64,000 nt of DNA, taken from positions 9,920,001 to 9,984,000 of the forward strand of contig OX597824.1 of NCBI GenBank assembly GCA_951406725.2, read 5' to 3'. The translations under genes and the position numbers were made by a program. Position 1 is the first letter of the stretch. Every line of letters starts with the position of its first letter. This stretch comes from Octopus vulgaris (lineage: Eukaryota). Below are positions 37,161 through 49,516 of this stretch, one piece after another. Under the pieces are notes generated by a model. It was not told the DNA's origin, searched no databases, and worked only from the letters and a program-made list of their open reading frames with translations.

Positions 37161-37490
37161 TTGCAGCGTGGAAGGTGTTTATAAGCCATTTAAGAAACAC
37201 ACAAAAGCCGTTCGATTCACTTCAACATATAAGTTTAATTTGTCAAAATATTTTCGTCGCTAAAATCCGCGACCTGTTCACTGACAAAAATCCGTGCTGC
37301 ATCTCAGTGAACAGGTCGCGGATTTTAGCAACGAAAATATTTTGACAAATTAAACTTAAATGTTGAAGCGACTCTAACGGCTTTTGTGTGTTTCTTAAAT
37401 GGTTTACAAACACCTTCCATGCTGCAATTGTTTTCGTTTCAGCACACGATCTCAGATCAAATCACTTGCTATGCGAGTACATCTCCGTAA
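37161..37490. mobile_element. Palindromic Penelope-like/retrozyme-type insertion with 13-bp TSD
   Basis: About 125-bp inverted arms around a 20-nt loop, plus a 60-nt extension on the right; ATCTTGTAAATAA at 37148-37160 and 37491-37503. Confidence 0.85.
37239..37288 (-). ncRNA. Minimal type I hammerhead ribozyme motif, G3-C8 core variant
   Basis: TTTGTCA-GTGAACA-G-GTCGC-GGATTTTA-GCGAC-GAAA-ATAT-TT-TGACAAA: 7-bp stem I, 5-bp stem II, palindromic stem III, UUU cleavage triplet. Confidence 0.72.
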
Positions 37491-37546
37491 ATCTTGTAAA
37501 TAACTAAATATAAATGAGAGAAGTATCATATATGCAAAAATCTTAC

Positions 37547-37583
37547 CTCTCTATATCATGGACTTCAACTAATTCATCGTTAC
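37547..37583 (-). CDS. DCAF5: DCAF5 coding exon (probable exon 3, 37 nt)
   Basis: Translates (G)NDELVEVHDIE(S), cf. DCAF5 GNDEQVILHDVES. Acceptor TGTAG, donor GTAAGA; phases join both neighbours. Confidence 0.92.
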
Positions 37584-38106
37584 CTACAGATGAAAAGAGA
37601 TAGAAAGATCAGGTAATTACTAGAGAAGAGAAGAGAAAAGAACACATGCACACGTAAACCACAGATTGTAAAATCTTAGCAACAAACTTCACACATTTGT
37701 TGCAAACTACAATTTCAAGAAGCCAACCCAACTATATTTTACACTTCAAAAGTTGGTAAGAAACTTGCTTCCTAACCACATGGTTTCAGGTTCAGTCCCA
37801 GTGTGGCACTTTGGGCAAGTGTCTTCTACTATTGCATCAAGCCAACCAAAGCCTTATAAGTGGATTTGGTAGACATAAACTGAAAGAAACCCATCATATA
37901 CACACACATATATATAAATATATGTATATATTTATATGTGCATGTCTTTGTGTCTGTGTTTGTCCCCCCACCACTGCTTGACAACCGATGTTCATGTGTT
38001 TAGATCCCCACGACTTAGCAGTTCAACAAAAGAGACCGATAGAATAAGTACTAGGCTTAGAAAAGAACAAGTCCTGGGGTTGATTTCTTCTACTAAAACC
38101 CTTTAA

Positions 38107-38975
38107 CCCCTTATTGGATTATCCCGAGTTTACTCGTGCATCGCAAATGTATCTTTTTAGAACCAGACGAGTATACTCGGCCAAAATCAACTTTAAATTT
38201 TAGCATCAAACGAGTTTATTTGTTTTGTGTCGTTTCATTTTTGAAAAATTACGAATTTACTCATGGAAAAAATTTACGCAAGAAAAAATATTATAAGAAA
38301 GTATTTTTTTCATTTGATGGATTTGGCTATCTGGAATGCTTATGTTTTGTATAAAGCATCCTTGGAAACTTCAGCTTCTGCTATGAAACTGCTGAAATTT
38401 AGAATGCAAATAATCACCAAGATTATTGAAAAATATAGGCCCTTATTGCCTCCCACAAAACCAGGAAGACCATCATCGATCCCACATCCAACAAGATTTG
38501 CCCCAGCTGGTCACTTTCCCCATGGAAATGCCACCAAGTGATAAGAAAAAGAACCCTACAAGACAGTGTGCAAAATGTGCAGAGAAGAGAGACGCTAAAG
38601 GAAAGAAGATTCGAAGAGAAAGCAGATACATGCGTGATGTCTGCAAGATAACTTTGTAACTCTTTGTTTTAAAAATTATCATTCTAAATAAACTATCTTA
38701 TTTTAAAAAAATTTTCCTTTGATTTAAAAGCAATACATCTTATAAAAAATCGAAGATAGTTAAGTTATATGTATTTTTTCAATGTCCGATTTAACTCATT
38801 TAAACCCACCCAAATGAGCAAAAATACATTTTAATTTCTATAATAAAAAATAAAGGAAACAAGATAAAAAAAAACTTTTTTTTGTAATTAACACAGTGTA
38901 TATAATTAAAAAAGGAAATTAAAAAATATGCTCTGAAATCAAATGCCATGTCAAAATAATTGATCCATTAAGGAG
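38107..38975 (+). mobile_element. piggyBac deletion derivative with transposase C-terminus, inserted into a SINE
   Basis: TTAA TSDs; TIR CCCCTTATTGGAT/ATCCATTAAGGAG; frameshifted KYYKKVFFHLMDLAIWNAYVLYK...LKFRMQI and Cys-rich PTRQCAKC...RRESRYM.DVC. The SINE tail resumes at 38981. Confidence 0.88.
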
Positions 38976-39603
38976 TTAAAGTGGTGTTCCAGCATGGCCA
39001 TAGTCAGATGGCAGGAAGAAGTAAAAGAATAAAAGAAACTAATGGGTTTATTAATCTAACGTTATAACATATGATAAGCTATTCTACTACAGATTAGTAC
39101 TCAAAATCTGGTATTCTGACAATCTGATATTCTTACAATCTCATAAGTAAACTTAAATGCAAATGAAATCTTTTGCTCATGAACAGTCTCCTCTTTTGTA
39201 ATTCCAGGCTGCTCTATTTCATTAAAGTAACCGTCTTCTGTATCTCCCAGGCTTAATAGAAATAAATCTATTTATTAATTTCGTGCTCTCATCTGGCTTT
39301 ACAAGTATAAGATATCTTCCAAACTGGATAATAAATTTATCAAAGATCTCTCTCTGCAGAAATATCCTTTTAACATAGCAGAATTAATTCTTGTTAATAA
39401 CAGTGACTTCTGAAATGTGAAAAGATGTAATCAGTGTAGGTGCAGGAGTGGCTGTGTGGTAAGTAGCTTGCTAACCAACCACATGGTTCCGGGTTCAGTC
39501 CCACTGCGTGGCATCTTGGGCAAGTGTCTTCTGCTATAGCCCCGGGCCGACCAATGCCTTGTGAGTGGATTTGGTAGACGGAAACTGAAAGAAGCCTGTC
39601 GTA

Positions 39604-39648
<45 letters not shown>

Positions 39649-40359
39649 TTGTGTGTCTGTGTTTGTCCCTCTGGCATTGCTTGACAACCGATGCTGGTGT
39701 GTTTACGTCCCCGTCACTTAGTGGTTCGGCAAAAGAGACCGATAGAATAAGTACTGGGCTTACAAAGAATAAGTCCCGGGGTCGATTTGCTCGACTAAAG
39801 GCGGTGCTCCAGCATGGCCGCAGTCAAATGACTGAAACAAGTAAAAGAGTAAAGAGTAAAGAGAGTGATTTCAAAGTGCCAATCCAACAACAGATATGTT
39901 TCCCACCACAGAAGTCGTCAGTTAACAGAGCTGTTTGACCACTACGAGCCAACATAAATGAGCATGGGGTGTCATGAGCTTATATTATTATACTGTCGAC
40001 AATTAACATAATAATATGAGACTGTTGTAGATTACCCAACACCACAGTACTTTACTTTATGGGAGACTAGTGCTAGTTCACACCACAGAACTATTCTACT
40101 AGTCAATCTACTGTTGGCCTACAAGTCAAAGGTTAACAGTTAATATATCTCATATCCAGTACTTTCTGACATTTTAAGGATGGTAGCAACACAATTTTGT
40201 TTTGCTGAAACTTTGACAACACCCCATAAATATACACTTTAAAACATAATAAAGTCACTAAGTGGAAGAAACTAGATTTGTATGGTGGGTCAAAATATGT
40301 AATCAATGATAAATTCTAAACAGCGCATATACATGTGTGTGTGTGTATATATACATGCA

Positions 40360-40390
<31 letters not shown>

Positions 40391-40622
40391 GACCCAAAAT
40401 TAGGTTTACAGTTATCAATCACGCAGGTACTTTAAATTTTTTTAACACATTTTATTACTTTTAAATTTCTATCTTACAAACTGAAAAGGGAGCTTGACAA
40501 AATTAATTGAATTAGCATAGAATAATGGTTTCATATTTTTTTATAATTAAGATCTAAAATGTTACTATTTGAATGCGAAAGAGATAGTTGATTAACTGTA
40601 AACCTACTTTTGGGCCACCCTG
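40391..40622. mobile_element. Tc1/mariner-type MITE
   Basis: CCCAAAATTAGGTTTACAGTTA / TAACTGTAAACCTACTTTTGGGCCACCCTG-TA inverted termini. Confidence 0.65.
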
Positions 40623-40928
40623 TATATATATATATATATATATATATACATTTATTTTAAGCATCAGAAAATTCAACAAAATCTGTTACTCTGAGTTTCT
40701 TTGCCGTTCATCAGATATATATAAAATTTAATATAATATAATATACATACATTGTCTATATATATAATATATATATACATACATATATATATATGTATAA
40801 TATGCATATATATACATAATATACATATATATATATAATATGCATATATATACATTACATATATATATATATATATATATATAAATACATATATATATGT
40901 ATAATATGCATACATATATATATATATA

Positions 40929-41240
40929 ATACCAGAGTAAACATATAAATGTGAAACAAGGTGGATAAAAGAGTACTCAAATACCAGGGGTAGAGTAATA
41001 TACTTTATTTAAAAGCAGCAGAAATTCAGCAAAACCTGTTACTCGGAGTTTCACGTTCCCGTTTGTTGGACAGTTTTGTTAAAATTGAACCGATATGACA
41101 ATTCTATCAAGACTAGTATAAACGTTACACCTTTAAAAATGGACATTTTTAAAGGTGTAACAAAACTGTCCGACGAACGGGAACGTGAAACTCCGAGTAA
41201 CAGGTTTTGCTGAATTTCTGCTGCTTTTAAATAAAGTATA
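40929..41240. mobile_element. Palindromic Penelope-like insertion with hammerhead motif in each arm
   Basis: Inverted arms at about 41000-41080 and 41159-41240; further fragment at 40650-40716. Confidence 0.75.
41166..41203 (+). ncRNA. Type I hammerhead-like motif (U4C variant)
   Basis: CTGT-CCGACGA-ACG-GGAA-CGT-GAAA-CTCCGAG-TA-ACAG. The sister fragment at 40683-40714(-) has canonical CTGATGA. Confidence 0.62.
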
Positions 41241-41364
41241 TATATATATATATATAATATACAGGCACAGGAGTGGCTGTGTGATAGGTAGCTTGTTTAC
41301 CAACCACATGGTTCTGGGTTCAGTCCCACTGCATGGCACCTTCTACTATAGCCTCGGGCCAACC

Positions 41365-41652
41365 ATGGTATGATATGTCACAAACTGAGCAATCTCAGCA
41401 TATGCGGAAAACTTGGAGAATGGCTGCACAACTTTCTAAAGGATAGACGTCAGACAGTAGTGGCCAGTGGAGCCACCTCCAAGGAAATTTCAATAGCAAG
41501 TCGTGTTCCACAGAGCACTGTCTTGGGGCCACTGCTGTTTATAGTGGCCCTCTCAGACATGCCCTTGGCTGCTCAGACAGCTACCCTTTCTAGCTATGCA
41601 GATGACACAAAAGTCTCTCAGACAATACAAAATTCTGGAAATATTGCACATC
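41365..41652 (+). mobile_element. LINE reverse transcriptase fragment (CR1/L2-like)
   Basis: GKLGEWLHNFLKDRRQTV...VPQSTVLGPLLFIV...YADDTK: RT motifs GVPQGSVLGP and YADD. Confidence 0.88.
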
Positions 41653-42367
41653 AGGACTATTCTTCATAAGCCTAGTACTTATTTTATCGGTCTCTTTTCT
41701 TGAACCGCTAGGTTACATATATGCATATGTGATAGGCTTCAGCCAGTTTCCATCTACCAAATCCACTGATAAGGCTTTGGTAAGCCCAGGGCTATACTAG
41801 AAGACATTTAACGAAGATATCAGACAGTGGGATTGAACCCAAGACTACATGGCCAGAAAGCAAGCTTTTTAACCACACAGCCACATCTGTGCCTTATTAG
41901 AGTGTATAATATCAAAACAATGTAGACACTAAGTAGCAAGATTTAATGAAATTATGGTTGTGTATTGAAACAATGATTTCTTTAATGGACAACAATGTGT
42001 TTGGATGTCACTGATGGATGATCTCAAAATCCTGAGCATTACAAAGAAGATAATTGAGGACCGAGATATGTGGCACATTGTTGCACTCAAGAAGACCCAC
42101 CCACCACATTGATGTGGGTGCTGGTACCACATAAATAGCACCCAGTACACTCTGAAAAGTGGTTGGCATTAGGAAGGGCATCCAGCCATAAAAACCAAAC
42201 CAAAACAGGTTATGGAACCTGGGTCATCCCCTGGCCTTGACAGCTCCTGTCAAACCATCCAGCCCATTCCAGCATGGAAAATGGACGTTAAATGATGATG
42301 ATGATGGTGATGTCTTGTTCTAAGACACAATGTTTGCAATAGAATATGAATTCAGGACCATTTAGAG

Positions 42368-42767
42368 CAGTGGTTCTCAACAGGGTTTCATATGACCCTT
42401 GCGGGTCCACATAAGATTTTATTGTTAAAATTTCATCATCATGGTTTAACGTCTGCCTTCCATGCTAGCATGGGTTGGACGATTTTGACTGAAGGCTGGT
42501 GAACCAGATGGCTGCACCAGACTCCAATCTTGATTTGGCAGAGTTTCTACAGCTGGATGCCCTTCAAAACGCCAAAATTTATCTGCAATAAACTGGTTAT
42601 ACATCTACAATACACAAAATATTTTAATAATTAGTTTTATGCAATTCCTAACAATATTTAATTATAAAAATATTAAAACTTTTTAAACAAGGAATAGTTA
42701 TGAGGATCCACCCAGGCAAAATAGGAATCAGAGGCATCCACAGGCAAAACATGGTTGAGAACCACTG
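42368..42767. mobile_element. hAT (Charlie-like) MITE with nested SINE tail
   Basis: TIR CAGTGGTTCTCAAC / GTTGAGAACCACTG; SINE fragment at about 42433-42575. Confidence 0.75.
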
Positions 42768-42858
42768 ATACAGAAGAGAGTTTGAACCCATTCAACAACA
42801 GTTCTACTACACCAATAATGAGAATATTTTTTTAAATAATGCATTAAAAGGTTTTCAC

Positions 42859-43002
42859 CTCCAGAAAAGATTCTTTTATTTTCGTTGTCAAATGCCAAAC
42901 AAAATATGTTACTATTATGTTCTCCTTTCATACTAAGAGGACCTCCAATATCGGATAATGCCTTCTCCGTATTCCAAAGTAAAACTCTCCGATCGTCGCC
43001 AC
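42859..43002 (-). CDS. DCAF5: DCAF5/WDR22 coding exon (probable exon 2), WD40 repeat
   Basis: Translates (G)GDDRRVLLWNTEKALSDIGGPLSMKGEHNSNIFCLAFDNENKRIFSG, matching recalled DCAF5 GGDDRRVLLW...KGEHHSNIFCLAF. Acceptor CTACAG, donor GTGAAA, 144 nt, phase 1/1. Confidence 0.95.
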
Positions 43003-45061
43003 CTGTAGGAAAAACAGAAAAAAGCAAATCAAATTGTGTCATTAAAGAAAAATATTAAGATGTATTATTTTGTTGTTGATGTTGCTGTTGTTACTACTAT
43101 TATTACTGCTAAGGTAGCAAGCTGACAGAACTGTTAGCTTGTCAAGCAAAATGCTTATCAGCATTTTATCCATCTTTATGTTCTGTGTTCAAATTCTGTC
43201 AAGATCAACTTTGCTTTTCATCCCTTTTGGGGTCAATAAAATAAGTATCTGTTGAATACTGTTGTTAAAGTAATTGAGTAGCCCCCTCCCACAAAATTTC
43301 AGCTTGTGCTTATGATAGACAGACTTACTGGCACATACGCTGGTGGCACATACGCTGGTGGCACATACGCTGGTGGCACATGAAAAAACATTTGAGCAAG
43401 CAAAGTCATTGCACTTGTGCCGGTGGCACATGAAAAAAACCATTCGAGCGAGGTCGTTGCCAGTGCCGCTGGACTGGCTCCTGTGCAGGTGGCACATAAA
43501 CAATACCTATTTCTTTATTACCCACAAGGGGCTAAACAAGGACAGACATAGGTATTAAGTCTATTACATCGACCCCAGTGTGTAACTGGTACTTATTTAA
43601 TCGACCACAAAAAATACCTTTTGAGTGTGGCCGTTGCCAGTACCACCTGAGTGGCCTTCATGCCGGTGGCACGTAAAAGCACCCACTACACTCTCGGAGT
43701 GGTTGGCATTAGGAAGGGCATCCAGCTGTAGAAACTCTGCCAGATCAAGATTGGAGCCTGGTGCAGCCTTCTGGTTCGCCAGTCCTCAGTCAAATCGTCC
43801 AACCCATGCTAGCATGGAAAGTGGACGTTAAATGATGATGATGTTACATCCCCATAACTTAGGAGTTCAGCAAAAGAGACCAATAGAATAAGTACTAGGC
43901 TTACAAAGAATAAGTCCTGGGGTCGATCTGCTTGACTAAAAGCGGTGCTCCAGCATGGACACAGTCACATGACTGAAACAAGTAAAAGAGTATTTGTAAA
44001 GGTGATGAGCTGGTAGAATTATTAGCACACCAGGCAAAATGCCTAGCAGTAATTTCATCTATTTTTGTTTTGAGTTCAGATTCCAATGAGGTCGACTTCA
44101 TTTTTCCATCTTTTCAGGGTCGATAAAATAAGTACCAGTTGAGCACTGGTATTGCTGCAATCAACTGACGCCCTCCTCCCAAATTTCTGGCCTTGTGCTA
44201 AAGTTTGAAACCAGTGTTACTATTATTTGTGTTTATCATGCACAAATGTGCATCTTCTCAGTCCAATGGTATTGGATAGTTTTCATTTTATCTTTTTTAT
44301 CACACTTCTAAAATGCAAAGTGTCCTTTTTGTATAAAGTGAACCTTACAACAATGTGGAGCTTACCCTAATACATAAGCTGAACAAGAAACACCCTAAAA
44401 CCAATTCTAACATAACACAGACTACAACAATGGCAACAACAACAAAACTAAATTCAACAAGCAGATGTTTGATTTTAACAAATGTGAAAAATATAAGTTT
44501 TAAAAATGAAAGCATTAATTTACACAACACAAACAAAAGCATTTGCAACAAATTTTTTGAGAATATTACTAGCCAAAAACAACTACTGGACATTTCTAAG
44601 ATGTAAAAGAAAAGTAAATCAAGCATAAAAATGAGACAAACATGTGCATCAACTGTGTACACAGTGCATTCTTAGTCTAGAATAGAGAGTCACAAAAATT
44701 CACAATTATTATGGGCTCATTTACACCATTATATAGTAAAGCTGTAAGATTTGGTCAATGAGAGAAGAAGAAAACTAATGCATAACCACTTTGGATTTTA
44801 TGTGAAACTCCATGGTCCATTGTTGCTATCAGATCGATTCCTTCCAATAAGTCTTGCAAGGCAGCAAGCTAGCAAAATCATCAGCACACTGGGCAAAATG
44901 CTTTAGGTTCAAAGTTCAAATCGTGCTGAGGTCAACTTTGCCTTTTATCCTTTCAGGGTCAGTAAAATAGATACCAGTTGAGCACTGGAGTTAATGTAAT
45001 CAACTTAACTGGGTGTGAATACAAAAAAAAAAAAAAAAAAAAAAAAAACCTGCATCCCTTT

Positions 45062-45580
45062 CTATATTTAACAGATGAGGAATTATGTACATTATTTACA
45101 TTTGAAGGATATTTGTCCTCATCCTGTTTGTTGTTAACAACGTTTCGCCTGATACACCCTTCAACCTTCATCAGGTACCTTGGGGAAATTTCGAACCTGG
45201 GTTCTTGTTCCTAAGTTATTCTTCGATGTTATTATTATTATCATTGTTCAGGTCACTACTTGGAATCAAACTCGGAATCTTGGAGTTAGTAGCCCACGCT
45301 CTTAACCACTACGCCATAGCTCATGGGGCATATAGCATATGGCGTAGTGGTTAAGAGCGTGGGCTACTAACCCCAAGATTCCGAGTTCGATTCCAAGTAG
45401 TGACCTGAACAATGATAATAATAATAATAATAATATCGAAGAATAACTTAGGAATGAGAACCCAGGTTTGAAATTTCTCCAAGACACCTGAAGAAGGCTG
45501 AAGGGTATATCAGGCGAAACGTTGTGTTAACAACAAACAAGATGAGGACAAATATCTGTTGAATGTAAATAATGTAAATA
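45062..45580. mobile_element. Head-to-head inverted dimer of a tRNA-headed, hammerhead-bearing short retroelement; 12-bp TSD
   Basis: Arms at about 45062-45318 and 45338-45580; CTGCATCCCTTT at 45050-45061 and 45581-45592; A box TGGCGTAGTGG 45340-45350; B box GTTCGATTCC 45385-45394. Confidence 0.85.
45484..45527 (+). ncRNA. Minimal type I hammerhead ribozyme motif
   Basis: ACAC-CTGAAGA-A-GGCTG-AAGGGTATAT-CAGGC-GAAA-CG-TT-GTGT: stem I ACAC/GTGT, palindromic AACGTT stem III, GUU triplet, one mismatch in stem II. Confidence 0.7.
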
Positions 45581-46096
45581 CTGCATCCCTTTGCCAAGCC
45601 ATGTCAAGCCAGAGTGGCAGAGTAAGCTCATCTAACCAGTATGATCTCAAGCCATTATCTTGTGGAGAGAACAGGCTGAGGCCTTCATCCAGCAGTGGAC
45701 TGAACATGGGCAATTCAAACCAATCCAAATCTTGCTCAAAAAAATACTTCTGTAAGCTTAGTCATGTGCTGTCACCTACAGGGCAAACTTATCCACAATG
45801 TAGTTCTGTCAGAGCCCTCTCCCAGGATTCCATAAAAAGCAAGGTAGACGACAGAAAATATAGGTTCGTAAGACCAAGTCATACCTGGTGTTTGTATGTG
45901 TGTTGTCAGTGTCTGTCTTTGGAATCATGACTGGTCGATGATCTCCATGTTGGACATTCATGATCTCTGATGTAGTTAGATTCTATATTCAGGATGTAGA
46001 TTTGGATATGAGACATCTTAGCACACAACCGTTTTGGCATCAATGATTTGACACTGACTTCTTTGATATCAGATGTTTTACTGGGTTTTTTTGTTC

Positions 46097-46216
<120 letters not shown>

Positions 46217-46339
46217 CACATATACAAAATGGGACAAGAACGCAAACCATCAAGAAGACGATACAAAAAACACGGATGGGTGTCATTCGAAGCCTTTAAT
46301 CTTCAGTCAAGAACCGGATCATCCTCGCAATTTCAGCTG

Positions 46340-46384
<45 letters not shown>

Positions 46385-47917
46385 CACACACACATATGTG
46401 TGTGTGTGTGTGTGTGTGTTTGAGCATCTAGTTATATTTGTATGTATGTGCAATATTTCTTTCTCTCTCCCTCTCTCTTTGCATATATGTATATTTTTGC
46501 ATGTATGCACATGTACATGTAAATGTTTGCTTCCAGTGCCAAAGCAAACTGTCACCAAAACAGGTTAAACGTCCAGCCAGTCATGCCAAAAGGTCAAGCG
46601 TCTAAACAGCTGTGCCCAGTTGTCTCATTCCAGTAGATTTACTGACTGCAACACACTCAATTCATTCTGATACAAATGGTGATACAAATAAAAGTAATTT
46701 GTGACAACAGAGGCAGGCTGGCAAGGCCACCAGACAAAAATGGGGGTGGGGGTGATAATAATGGTAGCAAAGGAGGTGATGGTAGTAGTAATAATGATAA
46801 TTACTCTATATAACATTCATTTAATGAATTACTCAATTAGTCGTATTTTATAAATCAGAAACAGCCATGTTATGTATACATATAATCATCTCATTATTTT
46901 TACAGCAATTACTGTATTTGATGGCATATAAGATGCACATTTAAAATGAAATCTCAAAAAAATCACCCCAGGCCCTATATGCAAAGTTGGGCTTAAATTA
47001 CAGGTTTTAATTCACAAGACATTTTTTTCTCTGAATATGTATTCGTATTCATCATCATCGTTTAACGTCCGCTTTCCATGCTGGCATGGGTTGGACGATT
47101 TTACTGAGGACTGGCGAACCAGATGGCTGCACCAGGCTCCAATCTTGATCTGGCAGAGTTTCTACAGCTGGATGCCCTTCCTAACGCCAACCACTCCGAG
47201 AGTGTAGTGGGTGCTTTTATGTGCCAGTCAGGCAGTACTGGCAACGGCCATGCTCAAATGGTGTTTTTTACATGTCACCTGCACAGGAGCCAGTCCAGCG
47301 GCACCGGCAACGACCTCACTTTTTTTTTTTCACATGCCACCAGCACAAGTGCCAGTAAGGCGACACTGATAACAATCACACTCGAATGGCGGTTTCTACG
47401 TGCCACCGGCACGGAAGCCAGTTTGCTGCTCTGGCAACGATCACGCTTGGATGGTGCTCTTAGCGACCCACTAGCATGGATGCCAAAATTAAGGTACATC
47501 TAATAGGTTTTTGTGTCTTTAAGCTATGAAATACATCAGGCTAAATTTTTTCATCATTCTTCAGGAATGTTTTGCAAGTATTCACAAGATATTTAGTGTA
47601 TACGTGTGTGTGTGTGTGTATGTGTGTGTCTGCATGCATGTGTGTGTGTGTCTGCATGCATGTGTGTGTGTGTATGTGTGTGTCTGCATGCATGTGTGTG
47701 TGTGTGTGTGTCTGCATGCATGTGTGTATGCTCCTTAAATTCTGATGGAGTTTTTAAAGACTAGCACTTAGTTTCAACTTCTAACTAGATCACTTGTCTA
47801 TCTCAGATCACTTGTCTAACTAGATCACTTGTCTATCCATCTTTATCTCTCAGATTGTACGTTTCTACTCAGACCACTCAAACATTTCACGTGTCAAAGA
47901 AGCTTGTTCACTCTCTT

Positions 47918-47952
<35 letters not shown>

Positions 47953-48351
47953 AACCGACATTCTACCATCTCCCATATGTCTCGTAGTGCCTGTTCTCCA
48001 CAGCTAGGTGAACCAAGGAAATAAAATCAAGTGTAGTGGTCAAATGTACATGAAAATCATGGCAATGAATTTTAACCCCAAGACTTAGGATCTGGTAATA
48101 CAATCCCATATCCTTAAGCTATTTCTCTCTTAATGTGGTTACATAGAGAAATGATGTCCACAAGAATTTGATCAGAAACAAGATCTAGACTATATTTAGC
48201 AACAAAATCATCTACCTCACATTTAAAGGTTTGTGACAATAACACAATGCATACATACATCAAAATACATAACAACCTATTTGAAAACAGGACTTTTATA
48301 GCAACTTTAGTTGTTGCCAGTTTTCTCCAGCCCCACATTAAATTAAATTAA

Positions 48352-48558
48352 TCCTTAGCATTTATCCAGCTGAAATATTTTGCATGTTTATGCTAAAACT
48401 GGCCAAATCTTGCTTCTTACACCTACCCTACAATGTCAGTCTAAAAATAAACAATCACATCTTCGAAATCTCAAAGCTACAAGATAATGCATAATTAATT
48501 CAAAACAAGGTGAATGAATAAGCATTATCTTTGACACAGAAATCTGAATGCTAGAGGG
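48352..48558. mobile_element. TTAA-flanked (piggyBac-type) MITE; second copy 49217-50149 in opposite orientation with nested SINEs
   Basis: TTAA-TCCTTAGCATT...AATGCTAGAGGG-TTAA. The related element TTAA-CCCTTTAGTGTTCAG...AATGCTAATGGG-TTAA is interrupted by SINEs. Confidence 0.65.
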
Positions 48559-49516
48559 TTAAGCAAATCTATGATGAAAGATGTTCTAGCTGTGACCAAC
48601 CAACCTTTTTAGCTACAGCTTCAGTTAATCAAAACCCATAGCTCAGGGCAGATGTAGGTACACAACAAATGATGACAATTTCTCTCCATATTTCATGATC
48701 ATCAGCCGATCTCATAGTGAAGGCAGGTGGCTTAATGGTTATGGTGTTGCACTCATAATCACAAGTTTATGGTTTCAATTCCTGGACCGCATGGTGCCTT
48801 GTATTTCAGAGTAAAAACCTTCATTTTTCTTTGCTTCAGTCCACTCAGTTCCTCATCATTATCATCATCGTTTAACGTCTGTTTTCCATGCTAGTATGGG
48901 TTGGACGGTTCGACCGGAGTCTGGGAAGCCAGGAGGCTGCACCAGGTTCCAGTCTGATCTGGCAGTGTTTCTATAGCTGGATGCCCTTCCTAACGCCAAC
49001 CACTCCATGAGTATAGTGGGTGCTTTTTACATACCACTGGTACAGGTGCCAGGGGAGGCTGCACCTGTGCCAGTGGCACGTAAAAAAAAGAAAGACACTG
49101 ACAGACTGGCATCCCTTTTAGGGAAGGAATGTTGTGATCTCGGTCACTTAAATGCCTTGGAAAATGGTAACTAGCCTGATGAGCCCTTAGACTCAAAACT
49201 AATGTCCAGGGGTTAACCCTTTAGTGTTCAGATTATTCTGCCAAGACTAATGCTTATTGACTTATGTTGTTTCAAACTAATCATACATTATATCATAGCT
49301 TTGAAATCTTGATAATGTGATTGTATATTTTTAGTATGTCATTGTTAAGTAGATCCTGCCAAAACAGTCACGGAAGTCTGATGCAGGTTTCTGCTTGGCC
49401 AGCTCCTATCAAACTGTCCCACCCATACCAGCATGGAAGATAGACATTAAATGACGATGATGATGATATGAGGGGTCAAATCTGGCCAGTTTGAGCATAA
49501 AACAGGTAGAATATCT

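Noticed and set aside
45338-45400. tRNA gene
   Set aside because: A and B boxes are present, but there is no acceptor-stem pairing or terminator; it is the head of a repeat element.
45593-46085. Possible degenerate LINE coding fragment
   Set aside because: The composition looks coding-like, but I could not read a convincing RT or endonuclease motif in any frame.
46260-46340. Additional hammerhead candidate (minus-strand CTGAAGA and GAAA)
   Set aside because: The boxes are not in an order or spacing that gives a consistent three-stem fold.
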